Assembly (NCBI GenBank): GCA_028711065.1
Contig: JAQTSY010000001.1
Location: 86,610 to 150,609 of the forward strand
DNA from: Minisyncoccota bacterium
Lineage (GTDB): Bacteria > Patescibacteriota > Minisyncoccia > Phycocordibacterales > JAQTLZ01
Length of the DNA: 64,000 nucleotides
Direction: 5' to 3'
Each line of letters begins with the position of its first letter. Within the stretch, counting starts at the first letter, position 1. The notes under the pieces are model-generated. The model was not told where the DNA came from, ran no database searches, and was given only the letters and a program-made list of their open reading frames with translations. The translations under genes and the position numbers were made by a program. This document shows positions 27,304 to 36,133 of the stretch, piece after piece.

Positions 27304-28555
27304 ACTTAAAAAAAATATAGCTGACGCTAAAAGAGCAAGTACTTCTTTGCTCATTTTAACTGCGCTTGAACGACGAGAGGTTTTACTAAAACTTGCGGAG
27401 CTTCTCGAACGAAATAGCGGACGAATCATCGTTTTGAACCAGAAGGATATTTCTATCGCAAAACAAAATGGTAAAGCAGATAGTTTTATCGAACGGTTGT
27501 CTCTTGATAAGAATAAAATTATAGCGATGGCGAATGCAACTCGTGCAGTCGCAAAACAGCAAGATATTCTTTTTAAAACTCTAGAACAACGTCGACGGCC
27601 GAACGGACTTCTCATTAAAAAGGTTCGCTTCCCTCTTGGGCTTGTTGCTATGATTTACGAATCACGCCCGAATGTGACCATCGACGCTTTCACACTTTCT
27701 TTTAAAAGTGGTAATGCGCTTTTGTTGAAAGGAGGAAAAGAAATTCTGTTTACAAACAAGATTCTTGTCAGGCTTATTCACGAAGCGCTTGCGACGCGAC
27801 ATATTGACACGAATGTTGTTAAAAATCTAAGCGGATTGGATAAAAAATTCGTCATTGAATTAATGAGTAATCCTTCGATTGATTGTCTCATTCCGCGTGG
27901 GGGGAAAAACTTGATTGATTTTGTGAGAAAATACGCTCGCGTCCCGGTTATTGTCACTGGCGCTTCAGTTGTACACACCTATGTTGACTCCGATGCGAAC
28001 ATTGAAAGCGCCACACGAATTATTTTGAATGCAAAGATGCGACGTGTTTCTATCTGTAACGCGCTTGATGTCGTCCTTTTGCATCGAAAGGTATATGCGC
28101 AAATGTTACGAAAACTTGGGCCTGATTTGGCGGAAAAGCGCGTTCAAATTCGCGCCGACCGGCGGAGTTTCGACGTGCTCAAGAAATCCCGTTACCCATA
28201 TTTGAAACATGCTCTTGCGAAAGATTTCGATACTGAATTCCTTGATTATGTGCTTGCAATAAAAGTCGTCAACAATTTTGAAGAGGCGCTTCAGCATATT
28301 TCGGAGCATAGCTTAGGCCATAGCGAAGCCATTATCACTCGCTCGAAAAAGCATGCTGAAGTATTCTTTCGTACGATCGATGCGGCTTGTCTCTATCTCA
28401 ATACCTCAACTCAATTCAGCGATGGCGGAGAATTCGGAATGGGAGGAGAGATTGGCATTAGTACCCAGAAACTTCATGCTCGGGGGCCTTTTAGCGCGCT
28501 TGAACTCACGACATATAAATATCTCGTGAAGAGCGACGGAGCAATCAGGAAATAA
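27290..28555 (+). CDS. proA: Gamma-glutamyl phosphate reductase
   Basis: PLGLVAMIYESRPNVT, KSGN..LLKGG, IPRGG, CNALD, HSEAI, GGEIGISTQKLHARGP. Start at ATG 27290. Confidence 0.96.
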   Translation: MTANELKKNIADAKRASTSLLILTALERREVLLKLAELLERNSGRIIVLNQKDISIAKQNGKADSFIERLSLDKNKIIAMANATRAVAKQQDILFKTLEQRRRPNGLLIKKVRFPLGLVAMIYESRPNVTIDAFTLSFKSGNALLLKGGKEILFTNKILVRLIHEALATRHIDTNVVKNLSGLDKKFVIELMSNPSIDCLIPRGGKNLIDFVRKYARVPVIVTGASVVHTYVDSDANIESATRIILNAKMRRVSICNALDVVLLHRKVYAQMLRKLGPDLAEKRVQIRADRRSFDVLKKSRYPYLKHALAKDFDTEFLDYVLAIKVVNNFEEALQHISEHSLGHSEAIITRSKKHAEVFFRTIDAACLYLNTSTQFSDGGEFGMGGEIGISTQKLHARGPFSALELTTYKYLVKSDGAIRK

Positions 28556-28630
28556 CACATTGCGTTTTCTGTCCGCAAAAGAAAAAACCTTCTGTCGCGG
28601 TGAAGCGAAAGAAGGTCTCATGCGTGTTAA

Positions 28631-29782
28631 TTATTTGGCGAAGACAAAGTCGTTGGCATGGATGGCGATGACCGCCGCTCCCCGCAATTGCTCCTTTTCG
28701 GCTTCTGGCAATATGCGGTACTTGTCGACTTTTTCTCGCAACTCATGGCTGGTGTGGCGGGTCAGTCCGCGTCCGAGGAGAATGCCGTCGTCATCAATAA
28801 TTTCGACGACGTCTCTTTTCCCGAACTCGCCCCTAACCTCTTCGATGCCGGCCAAGAGAACCGAAGGGGTTCTCCGCTCGCTTTTGTTCTGAGTTCCGCC
28901 TTCGCGAAGCCTGTCAGCTAGATAAGTTGAGACCACAATTTTTCCCGCTCCGACTGCCGCTGTGAGAAGCCAGCTTTTCAAGGCCTCTTCTTTTTCGGCT
29001 GTTGTGGGGAAGAATGTGCCGAGCTTCTCGCCCCCGATAATCCGCATAAGCGGTGTTTTCTCGGTTCCGGCGGCAATATGCATAGGAATGCCGAGCGAAG
29101 TTACTTTCTCGGCACAGAGGAGCTTGCTCTGAATGCCTCCCTTGCCGGTGTGTTTCCCCGCCTCAAATGTTTCCATAAAGGTGGAGACATCGGCAATTTC
29201 CGGTATAAGTTTGGCGCCCTCTTCCTGTGGCGGACGATCATACACTCCTGCCACGTTGGTGAGGAGGATGAGTTCGTCAGCCGATATCATCGCTGCAATA
29301 ACAAGCGCGAGCTGGTCATTGTCGCTGAAATCCAGTTCTTCCGGCGAGAGCACATCGTTCTCGTTGAAGATTGGAATAACGCCGTATCGGAGGAGTTCTC
29401 CGGTAACGACGCGCAAGCTCAAGTAGAACCTGCGATCAGCGAAGTCGGATCTTGTCGTCAGGAGTTGCCCGCAGCTCAAGTTATGTTTGGCGAATTCTTC
29501 GCTATACAACGCCATGAGCTTCGGTTGGCCTACAGACGCGAGAATTTGCTCCCGAAGAAGCCTCGAGTCATACCGGTCTGGCGCATTGACGGCGAACGTT
29601 GGGTTCGCGAATTGCGAGACGGTTTTCCCCAGGATGACTGCCCCCGAGGAGATAATGACGACTTGATGGCCTTGCTTTACGAGTCCGGCAACGTCTTCCA
29701 CGAGGTTTGCGATAACCTCGTGCTTGATGCCGTCCGGCCCGGAAAGCACAGCGGAACCGATTTTTACTGCGATGCGTTTCAT
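28631..29782 (-). CDS. proB: Glutamate 5-kinase with C-terminal PUA domain
   Basis: VKIGS, SSGAV, NENDV, DND.L, GG..SKL; SD AGGAGG before ATG 29782. Confidence 0.95.
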   Translation of the reverse strand: MKRIAVKIGSAVLSGPDGIKHEVIANLVEDVAGLVKQGHQVVIISSGAVILGKTVSQFANPTFAVNAPDRYDSRLLREQILASVGQPKLMALYSEEFAKHNLSCGQLLTTRSDFADRRFYLSLRVVTGELLRYGVIPIFNENDVLSPEELDFSDNDQLALVIAAMISADELILLTNVAGVYDRPPQEEGAKLIPEIADVSTFMETFEAGKHTGKGGIQSKLLCAEKVTSLGIPMHIAAGTEKTPLMRIIGGEKLGTFFPTTAEKEEALKSWLLTAAVGAGKIVVSTYLADRLREGGTQNKSERRTPSVLLAGIEEVRGEFGKRDVVEIIDDDGILLGRGLTRHTSHELREKVDKYRILPEAEKEQLRGAAVIAIHANDFVFAK

Positions 29783-29831
29783 GTGGATGTTCCTCCTAAA
29801 AGGGTTACGCGGCAACAACAAAAGTCAAACT

Positions 29832-30167
29832 TCACTGATAGAGATGAATTTCCGCTGACCGCTCCTTCAACTCTTTTTCCGATAAATGTTTACCGGTGCG
29901 CGTATCATAAAAACGTTCTTCTCCCGACTTAAGCTTGCACCAGATTACCGTTCCCTCAACTGAAGGACAAAACAGATCGACAGGTGAGCCGCCCTCGATT
30001 GAAATTACCACATCAGGTGGCTCTCCTTTCTTAGCTTTAGTGCCAAACAGCACAAGCAGGGCATTACAGTTAGTATTGGTTTTGATGAAGCATGATAGAA
30101 CTGTCCCTTTATGCATCGCCACAATTTCCGACATTGCCCCTTTCCGGGAAGCTTTGGCTTTTTTCAT
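29832..30167 (-). CDS. Hypothetical protein, probably co-transcribed with proB
   Basis: SD AAGGAG; promoter TTGACA-N17-TAAGCT (30258-30230). Confidence 0.55.
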   Translation of the reverse strand: MKKAKASRKGAMSEIVAMHKGTVLSCFIKTNTNCNALLVLFGTKAKKGEPPDVVISIEGGSPVDLFCPSVEGTVIWCKLKSGEERFYDTRTGKHLSEKELKERSAEIHLYQ

Positions 30168-30403
30168 CTGAATTCTCCTTCTTCGAGGTCGTCAAAGTTG
30201 ACAGAGGACGTCTTAACAGCACAGTCTTCAGCTTAAATCGAAGTCATTGTTTTGTCAAATCTATTCAACACCCCCTTTGATACTGAAATATAATCAAAAT
30301 AATGCTAAAATAAACCACCGACAAACTTGTTTTTCTTGCCAAACCTCCTGTGCATAAGAAACTCCCTTTTTCCCGCTATTTTGATAGAATAAAGCCTAAT
30401 AAA

Positions 30404-30886
30404 ATGGAAAAAATCATAAAAATTACGAAGGGTTCTGGGATGGGAGAGACAAAATTATCCGCTTTTGACGCCGCATTATTTGACGCGGGAATTGCTAACT
30501 ATAATTTGATTCGCCTTTCTTCAATTATGCCCGAGGGATACGAACCGAAAGTAGAGAAAATAAAAATGAATGGATCAACAGACTTTGGCAATAAACTTTA
30601 TGTCGTCTACGCATCACAGATCGAGAACGAAATAGGGAAGGAGGCATGGGCTGGTGTCGGCTGGGTGATGTCAAAAACAGATCCGAAACGGGGCCTCTTT
30701 GTCGAACACGAAGGAGCAGACCGAGCTCAGATCGAACGGCTCATCAGCGAAAGTCTCACAAGCATGGTCAAATACCGCAAAGAAGAATACGGAGAGATCA
30801 GGAGCGAAATCTGCGGAATAAAATGCGAGTCAAAACCAGTTTGCGCCCTTGTTGCTGCGGTTTACAAATCTGAAGGATGGGAGTAG
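30404..30886 (+). CDS. pdaD: Pyruvoyl-dependent arginine decarboxylase
   Basis: LSAFDAAL.DAGIANYNLIRLSSIMP with the Ser-Ser self-cleavage site, GLFVEH, CALVAAVY. Confidence 0.88.
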   Translation: MEKIIKITKGSGMGETKLSAFDAALFDAGIANYNLIRLSSIMPEGYEPKVEKIKMNGSTDFGNKLYVVYASQIENEIGKEAWAGVGWVMSKTDPKRGLFVEHEGADRAQIERLISESLTSMVKYRKEEYGEIRSEICGIKCESKPVCALVAAVYKSEGWE

Positions 30887-30914
30887 GGTATTGAATACAT
30901 TTTCTTTTTTATCT

Positions 30915-31823
30915 ATGCACTGGTTTCTCTTTGCTCTTATCAACCCCGTACTCCACGCGGCAGCAAACCATATAGACAAACACCTCATCTCGAAATATTT
31001 TAAGTCGGGAAGCGTTGGTGCTCTTGTCATTTTCACGGCAATTTTCGCGCTCTTTGCGCTTCCTATAATCTGGCTGATCCACCCGGCAATTACCGCAGTC
31101 AGTCCAGTGCACGCGCTTATTCTTGTTTTGAACGGAACACTTGCGTTGGGCTATGTTATTTTATACCTCTATGCTTTGGAAAAAGACGAAGCCTCAATCA
31201 TAGCTCCTTTCTTCCAGATGATTCCAATCTTCGCTTTCATTCTTGGATTTTTTATTTTGAAAGAATTGCCCTCGGCCAAACAAATTGTCGCTGGTCTTCT
31301 TATCATCTGCGGAGCTATCACGTTGTCGCTTGATTTTTCTGGTGCAAAAATAAAATTCAAAAAAGCAGTCGTGCAACTGATGCTTGCTTCATCGCTTCTT
31401 TTGGCCGTAAACGGTGTCATTTTTAAATTCATTGCGCTCAATGAAGGATTTCTGACATCACTTTTCTGGGGAATGCTTGGCCAAATCATTCTAGGAATTC
31501 TCCTCTTTTTGTTTGTAACCTCATACAAAAAACAATTTATACAAGTAGTACGGCAAAATACTTTACCGGTTCTTGGACTTAACTTTCTGAACGGACTGAT
31601 CATTCTCATGGGGGATGTCGCGCTCAATTTCGCAATACTTCTCGCACCAGTCAGTCTTGTCCTCGCAGTAAGCGGTTTCCAGCCTCTCTTCGTATTCATT
31701 TTTGGAATTCTTTTGACTTTTTTTTACCCAGCATTCGGTAAAGAATCGTTCGAGAGAAAAGTACTTGCGCAGAAAATCGCCGGAATAGCCATTATTATTT
31801 TGGGAAGCGTTCTCATAAACTAA
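30915..31823 (+). CDS. EamA/DMT family transporter
   Basis: About 10 TM helices in two repeats; EASIIAPFFQMIP..AFILG...LKE; PVSLV......QPLFV. Confidence 0.9.
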   Translation: MHWFLFALINPVLHAAANHIDKHLISKYFKSGSVGALVIFTAIFALFALPIIWLIHPAITAVSPVHALILVLNGTLALGYVILYLYALEKDEASIIAPFFQMIPIFAFILGFFILKELPSAKQIVAGLLIICGAITLSLDFSGAKIKFKKAVVQLMLASSLLLAVNGVIFKFIALNEGFLTSLFWGMLGQIILGILLFLFVTSYKKQFIQVVRQNTLPVLGLNFLNGLIILMGDVALNFAILLAPVSLVLAVSGFQPLFVFIFGILLTFFYPAFGKESFERKVLAQKIAGIAIIILGSVLIN

Positions 31824-31828
31824 AATCT

Positions 31829-32734
31829 ATGATTCCAGAATTTCCAAAATTTAAAAAATTAGAGCTCTCTGACAAAGCGGATGTGGAGGCTTTTACCCAT
31901 AAATACCCGCCATATTCTGATTTTAATTTTACTAGTATGTGGTCCTGGAATATAAAAGATGAGATGAGTATTTCACAGATGAATAATAATTTTGTCGTCC
32001 GTTTTACAGACTACGTCACAGGCAAACCGTTCTTATCATTTCTCGGTACAAATAAAGTAAATGAGACAGCACAGGCACTCTTGGAATTTTCAAAATCTGA
32101 AGGCCTAGAAGAGCAGATGAAATTAATTCCCGAAGATGTAATAAAACATCTCAATAAGGAACAATTTAAAATCCAGGAGGATAGAGATAATCACGATTAC
32201 ATTTTTTCTGTAGAGAAATTAAAGCCGCGGGCCAGTGCGGGAAGAAAATTAAGTACGAGAAGAAAGATCGTAAATAGGCTCCGACAACTCTCTCATTATT
32301 CCGTAACTCCAATTGATTTAAACGACAAAACTGTAAAAGAAAAAATCGAAAAAGTTTCTCTTGTATGGGAAGAGCAAAGGGGTATAGCAGAGAAAGATGC
32401 GAGGCATCTTTCTCGAGCCATGAACCGCATACTCACCATGGAACACTCGAAAAATACTTTATCTTTGGGGGTATTTATTAGAGAACAATTTGTCGGCTAT
32501 TCAATAAATGAAATCGTGAACGATGAGTACGCGATGGGAGATTTTCAACAGGCCGATCTAAAATCTTCTCTGGGAATATATGCCTTTCTCATGGAAGAAA
32601 CGGGTCTCTATTTAGACAAAATCGGCTGTAAATATATAAATCTTGAGCAAGATTTGGGTATTCCGGGACTTAGGAAGTGGAAAATGTCTTATCATCACGA
32701 TTTCTTCCTTAAAAAGTATATTGTAAGCCTGTAG
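31829..32734 (+). CDS. DUF2156 / aminoacyl-transferase-like tandem GNAT protein
   Basis: SDFNF.SMW.W, DRDNHDYIF, YINLEQDLGIPGLRKWKMSYH. Confidence 0.8.
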   Translation: MIPEFPKFKKLELSDKADVEAFTHKYPPYSDFNFTSMWSWNIKDEMSISQMNNNFVVRFTDYVTGKPFLSFLGTNKVNETAQALLEFSKSEGLEEQMKLIPEDVIKHLNKEQFKIQEDRDNHDYIFSVEKLKPRASAGRKLSTRRKIVNRLRQLSHYSVTPIDLNDKTVKEKIEKVSLVWEEQRGIAEKDARHLSRAMNRILTMEHSKNTLSLGVFIREQFVGYSINEIVNDEYAMGDFQQADLKSSLGIYAFLMEETGLYLDKIGCKYINLEQDLGIPGLRKWKMSYHHDFFLKKYIVSL

Positions 32735-32778
32735 ATAAGTGACTCCTCATAAAGTTATCATCTGGTATAATAAATTTC

Positions 32779-33606
32779 ATGAAAGAACACTCTCTCAATA
32801 TGAGAAAAAATAAAGAAATACAAACAGTATTTTCTATTTTTATTATCCTTACACTTTGGAGAGTTGCTTTATTCCTCTTTCATGTAGAAGAGGGCCAGTC
32901 TTGGTCATTTTGGTGGGGAGCAACTTATCAAATTATCGCGCTCTGGGGAGGAATTCGGGGTTTAATGGCATCTCGCGCTTGGGGAGGACACAAGAGCAAA
33001 TTAGGAAGACTTATAATAGCATTCTCGATTGGACTTCTGTTCCAGGTATTTGGTCAGACGGTCTCAAGCTATTTCGTGTACACAACCGGAGATATTCCAT
33101 ATCCCTCATTGGGTGATCTGGGTTTCTTTGGCAGTATTCCTTTCTACATGTATGGAGTTTTCTTGCTGGCTCAAGTATCAGGAGTTTCTTTTTCTCTCAA
33201 GAAAAATATAACAAAACAAACAATAGCCTTCGGGGCATTCTTAGCAATGATATTTGTATCGTATCTCATCTTTCTGAATGGGCAGCAGTTTGATTGGTCT
33301 GATCGCCTCGGGACATTTCTGAATATCGCTTACCCCCTTACGCAAGCAGGATACGTGGCATTGGCAATTCTCACTTATCTGTTGTCGAGAAAATATTTAG
33401 GGGGAATGATGAAAATCCCGATTCTCCTTTTTCTTGCTGCCTTGGTCATAGAATATTTGTCTGATTTCACTTTTCTCTACCAGGCGGTTCACAATTTGTA
33501 TATTCCTGAGGGAATAAACGATTACATGTACTGTGTAGCATACTTTATCATGGCAATTGCCCTCATATCGGTAAGTATTACATTCAACAAAATAAGAGAA
33601 TCATAA
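32779..33606 (+). CDS. Polytopic (7-8 TM) membrane protein resembling a stand-alone sensor domain
   Basis: Hydrophobic helices; PYPSLGD.G.F and AYP motifs of the kind seen in N-terminal sensor regions of kinases and cyclases; own -10 TATAAT 7 nt upstream. Confidence 0.7.
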   Translation: MKEHSLNMRKNKEIQTVFSIFIILTLWRVALFLFHVEEGQSWSFWWGATYQIIALWGGIRGLMASRAWGGHKSKLGRLIIAFSIGLLFQVFGQTVSSYFVYTTGDIPYPSLGDLGFFGSIPFYMYGVFLLAQVSGVSFSLKKNITKQTIAFGAFLAMIFVSYLIFLNGQQFDWSDRLGTFLNIAYPLTQAGYVALAILTYLLSRKYLGGMMKIPILLFLAALVIEYLSDFTFLYQAVHNLYIPEGINDYMYCVAYFIMAIALISVSITFNKIRES

Positions 33607-33613
33607 AATTACC

Positions 33614-33889
33614 ATGGCCACCCTCGACCAAATTGCCACAAAGATAATCACGGAGCAGGAGCTTGTTATCGGCCCTCTTGCTTGGAGTGAGGCGGGGAAG
33701 GTCCAGGGATTACAAGTTAGCGATCACCACATTACTTTCAACGATGGGGATCAAAAAGAAGTGGTAAACCGTCTTGTCAGCCAGTATGAACGACTTTTCG
33801 GCAGAGCTTCTCACGAAGTGTGTCGGGAAGCTGTTGCTAGCATGATTGCTGATCTTAAGCCCGAAGAGATTCCCTCCAGCCTAAGATAG
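33614..33889 (+). CDS. Small hypothetical protein coupled to the membrane protein and kinase
   Basis: KIITEQELVIGPLAW.EA..V.GL...LV.QYE.LFG.AS.EVC; 7 nt after the upstream stop. Confidence 0.75.
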   Translation: MATLDQIATKIITEQELVIGPLAWSEAGKVQGLQVSDHHITFNDGDQKEVVNRLVSQYERLFGRASHEVCREAVASMIADLKPEEIPSSLR

Positions 33890-34008
33890 GACTTCCGCCT
33901 TTGGCGAACTTCTTCGTTACTTCACTCGTTTGTTCCCGCACTGTATAATAATACAGCTTGGTCACAAGCTCGCTTGCGCCTCGAATTTCATCCAAATGCG
34001 CAAGTCCT
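33888..34008. repeat. 121-bp imperfect inverted-repeat (MITE-like) element
   Basis: AGGACTTCCGCCTTTGGCGAA ... TTCATCCAAATGCGCAAGTCCT, with central hairpin CTGTAT-AATA-ATACAG. Confidence 0.5.
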
Positions 34009-34017
34009 TCATGAAAA

Positions 34018-35394
34018 ATGTTTCTTCGAAAAACAAAAACCCAGGCTATACAAAGCCCGTCGTCTCCTAATGACGATGAATTCAAAAAGGCTACGGAAAG
34101 CCTCTACAAGCAAAATCACGAGCTTGCGATAAAAAACAAGACCCTTTCTCTTCTTCGAGAGCTCTATCAAATCAGCATCCAGAATTTTCGGCCCGAAACT
34201 CTTGCGGAAAGATTAACGAAAACAATTCGCGATGCGTTTGAGTATGAATTAGTGGGGCTTTTTTCATATCAGGTTGAAAAAGACACTTTTACTCCGGTTC
34301 GATTTTCAAGATCAGAACGGTGGGATAAAACACGCGCCGAGATGAAGCTCTCTTTTGATTCTCTTACTATTGCGGAAGCTTCACAGGGCATACTTTCTCC
34401 GCTTGTTCGCGAAAAGACAATGGTGCATGTAGAAAATCTTGCCGATATCTGGATAGAAAATCTGCCAGCTAAAGTTATCAAAGAATTTCAGGAGAAAGTG
34501 CACGTAAAAAGTCTCTTGACGTATCCGCTCCTTACAGAGAACAGAATAATAGGAGTACTCGCTATCGGCCTCAACAGAAACTACAACGAGCTGATTCAAT
34601 ACGAAAAAGATTCGATTGCAAGCTTCATTAACGTCATAGCAATCGCGCTCGACAAAGCATATTTGTATAAAGAGTTACAGATCACGAATAAAGAGCTCGC
34701 GGAAGCGAACGAAAGACAAACTACCCTTATCCACTTCATAACCCATCAGGTCAAAGGCTTTCTTACTAATTCACGAAACGTCTTCTCAATGATCCTTGAG
34801 GGAGATTTCGGCGAGATATCTGATGAAGTGCGCAAGATGGCCCAAGGGGGACTTGAATCCGGTACGAAAGGCGTTAATACTGTTCAAGACATCTTGAACG
34901 CGGCAAATATAAAAACAGGGAAAATGGGTTATATTATGGCGTCCATGGATGTCCGCCCATTAGTCGAGAGTACAACTTCAGAATTAAAAGGAGCAGCAGA
35001 GAAAAAAGGACTGAAACTTACACTCAACAATTCTGCTGATTCATACATGATAGAGGGCGACAAAGAACAACTAAAGCATGTCTTCAAAAATCTTATCGAC
35101 AACTCGATCAAGTACACCCCGACAGGCAGCGTAAATGTCTCGCTCGAAAAGAAAGATGGGAAAATACTTTTTGCGGTCAAAGATACGGGAGTCGGAATTA
35201 CAGATGAGGACAAGAAACGCCTCTTTACGGAAGGTGGACATGGAGCAGAGTCACAAACAATCAATGTTGAGTCTACTGGCTTTGGACTTTTTATCGTAAA
35301 AGGAATTGTCGAGGCACACCATGGCCGCGTTTGGGCAGAGTCAGAAGGGAAGGGAAAAGGCTCGCAGTTCTATGCAGAATTCCCAGCTAAGTAA
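34018..35394 (+). CDS. Soluble GAF-domain sensor histidine kinase
   Basis: GAF-like YPL..ENRIIGVL; H-box FITHQVK; N-box NLIDNSIKY; G1 DTGVG; G2 GFGLFI; no TM segment. Confidence 0.92.
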   Translation: MFLRKTKTQAIQSPSSPNDDEFKKATESLYKQNHELAIKNKTLSLLRELYQISIQNFRPETLAERLTKTIRDAFEYELVGLFSYQVEKDTFTPVRFSRSERWDKTRAEMKLSFDSLTIAEASQGILSPLVREKTMVHVENLADIWIENLPAKVIKEFQEKVHVKSLLTYPLLTENRIIGVLAIGLNRNYNELIQYEKDSIASFINVIAIALDKAYLYKELQITNKELAEANERQTTLIHFITHQVKGFLTNSRNVFSMILEGDFGEISDEVRKMAQGGLESGTKGVNTVQDILNAANIKTGKMGYIMASMDVRPLVESTTSELKGAAEKKGLKLTLNNSADSYMIEGDKEQLKHVFKNLIDNSIKYTPTGSVNVSLEKKDGKILFAVKDTGVGITDEDKKRLFTEGGHGAESQTINVESTGFGLFIVKGIVEAHHGRVWAESEGKGKGSQFYAEFPAK

Positions 35395-35401
35395 GTCGAA
35401 T

Positions 35402-35429
35402 TTGACACTATTTTTACCTCCTGTATAGT
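35402..35429 (+). promoter_or_regulatory. sigma70 promoter of the T-box leader
   Basis: TTGACA-N16-TATAGT. Confidence 0.7.
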
Positions 35430-35459
35430 AAATACAGATTCTTTACAACTGCAATATCT

Positions 35460-35716
35460 ACGTATAGGTCCCTTGGCTTAGGCTTAAGGGATTGGGCCTA
35501 TGCAGTTCGCGTAAGCGAGCAAGATGATTTCTGCGCAAGTGGAAATCCGGTCTCCTCCGTTACAAGGATAATCGATGTCTGCCGAAAGGCGTATGAGTCG
35601 ATGAGTGGAACAAAAAAGACCCGCTCGGGTATTTTTTGTTCCTGAAACCCAAGGTGGTACCGCGGAAAACCCGCCCTTGATGCATATTTCGATATGCGTC
35701 GAAGGCGGGTTTTTTG
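35460..35716 (+). ncRNA. T-box riboswitch (atypical 5' domain), transcriptional
   Basis: Antiterminator CAAGG-TGGTACC-GCGG...CCGC-CCTTG (35650-35679); overlapping terminator ending GGCGGGTTTTTT; CCGTTA stem IIA/B pseudoknot; stem III. Confidence 0.85.
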
Positions 35717-35844
35717 CGTGTGATTGTAAAAATGGTTCATTTAAAAAGAGAGATTTCACCAAGTCAACGGAGTTCGCTTCCAATGTGGCAAGCGATCCCG
35801 AAATTACCGAGCGTCACCCGAAGGCGAGTAGAAAGGAAAAAACG

Positions 35845-36039
35845 ATGGAAACAAGAACTGACCGGACAGAGCTCCTTGAGCTTCTCCTCAAGGAACACCT
35901 CACCCCAGAGGAAGAGGCGAAGCTCGCTCAGAACGAGGGCGTGGCCAACGGACTCGTGGATACAATGCGGGGACGTTTGGTGAGTTTTGGTCTCCGCCCC
36001 AAAAACGGCGAGAAAGATCCACGCTGTTGGGCGCAGTAA
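35845..36039 (+). CDS. 64-aa hypothetical protein with a TrpR/YerC-like N-terminal helices pattern
   Basis: SD AAAGGA; LLELLL...LTPEEEAKLAQ...VANGL; hairpin at 36062-36089 follows. Confidence 0.5.
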   Translation: METRTDRTELLELLLKEHLTPEEEAKLAQNEGVANGLVDTMRGRLVSFGLRPKNGEKDPRCWAQ

Positions 36040-36133
36040 CAGAAGTACTCTCTGAGAGATAAGGGCCTCGTGCAATCACGACGAGGCCTTCTATTAAAAT
36101 CAAATGTTTTCAGCTACTATTAGTTAAAATGCA

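Noticed and set aside
29078-29932. 284-aa + strand ORF (and similar long antisense ORFs at 46704-47453 and 21489-22097)
   Set aside because: Antisense shadows of proB, the radical SAM gene and dnaJ, with no motifs or initiation signals.
24480-30300. tRNA-Pro as the attB of an integrated island
   Set aside because: No duplicated tRNA 3' end and no integrase were found downstream by eye.
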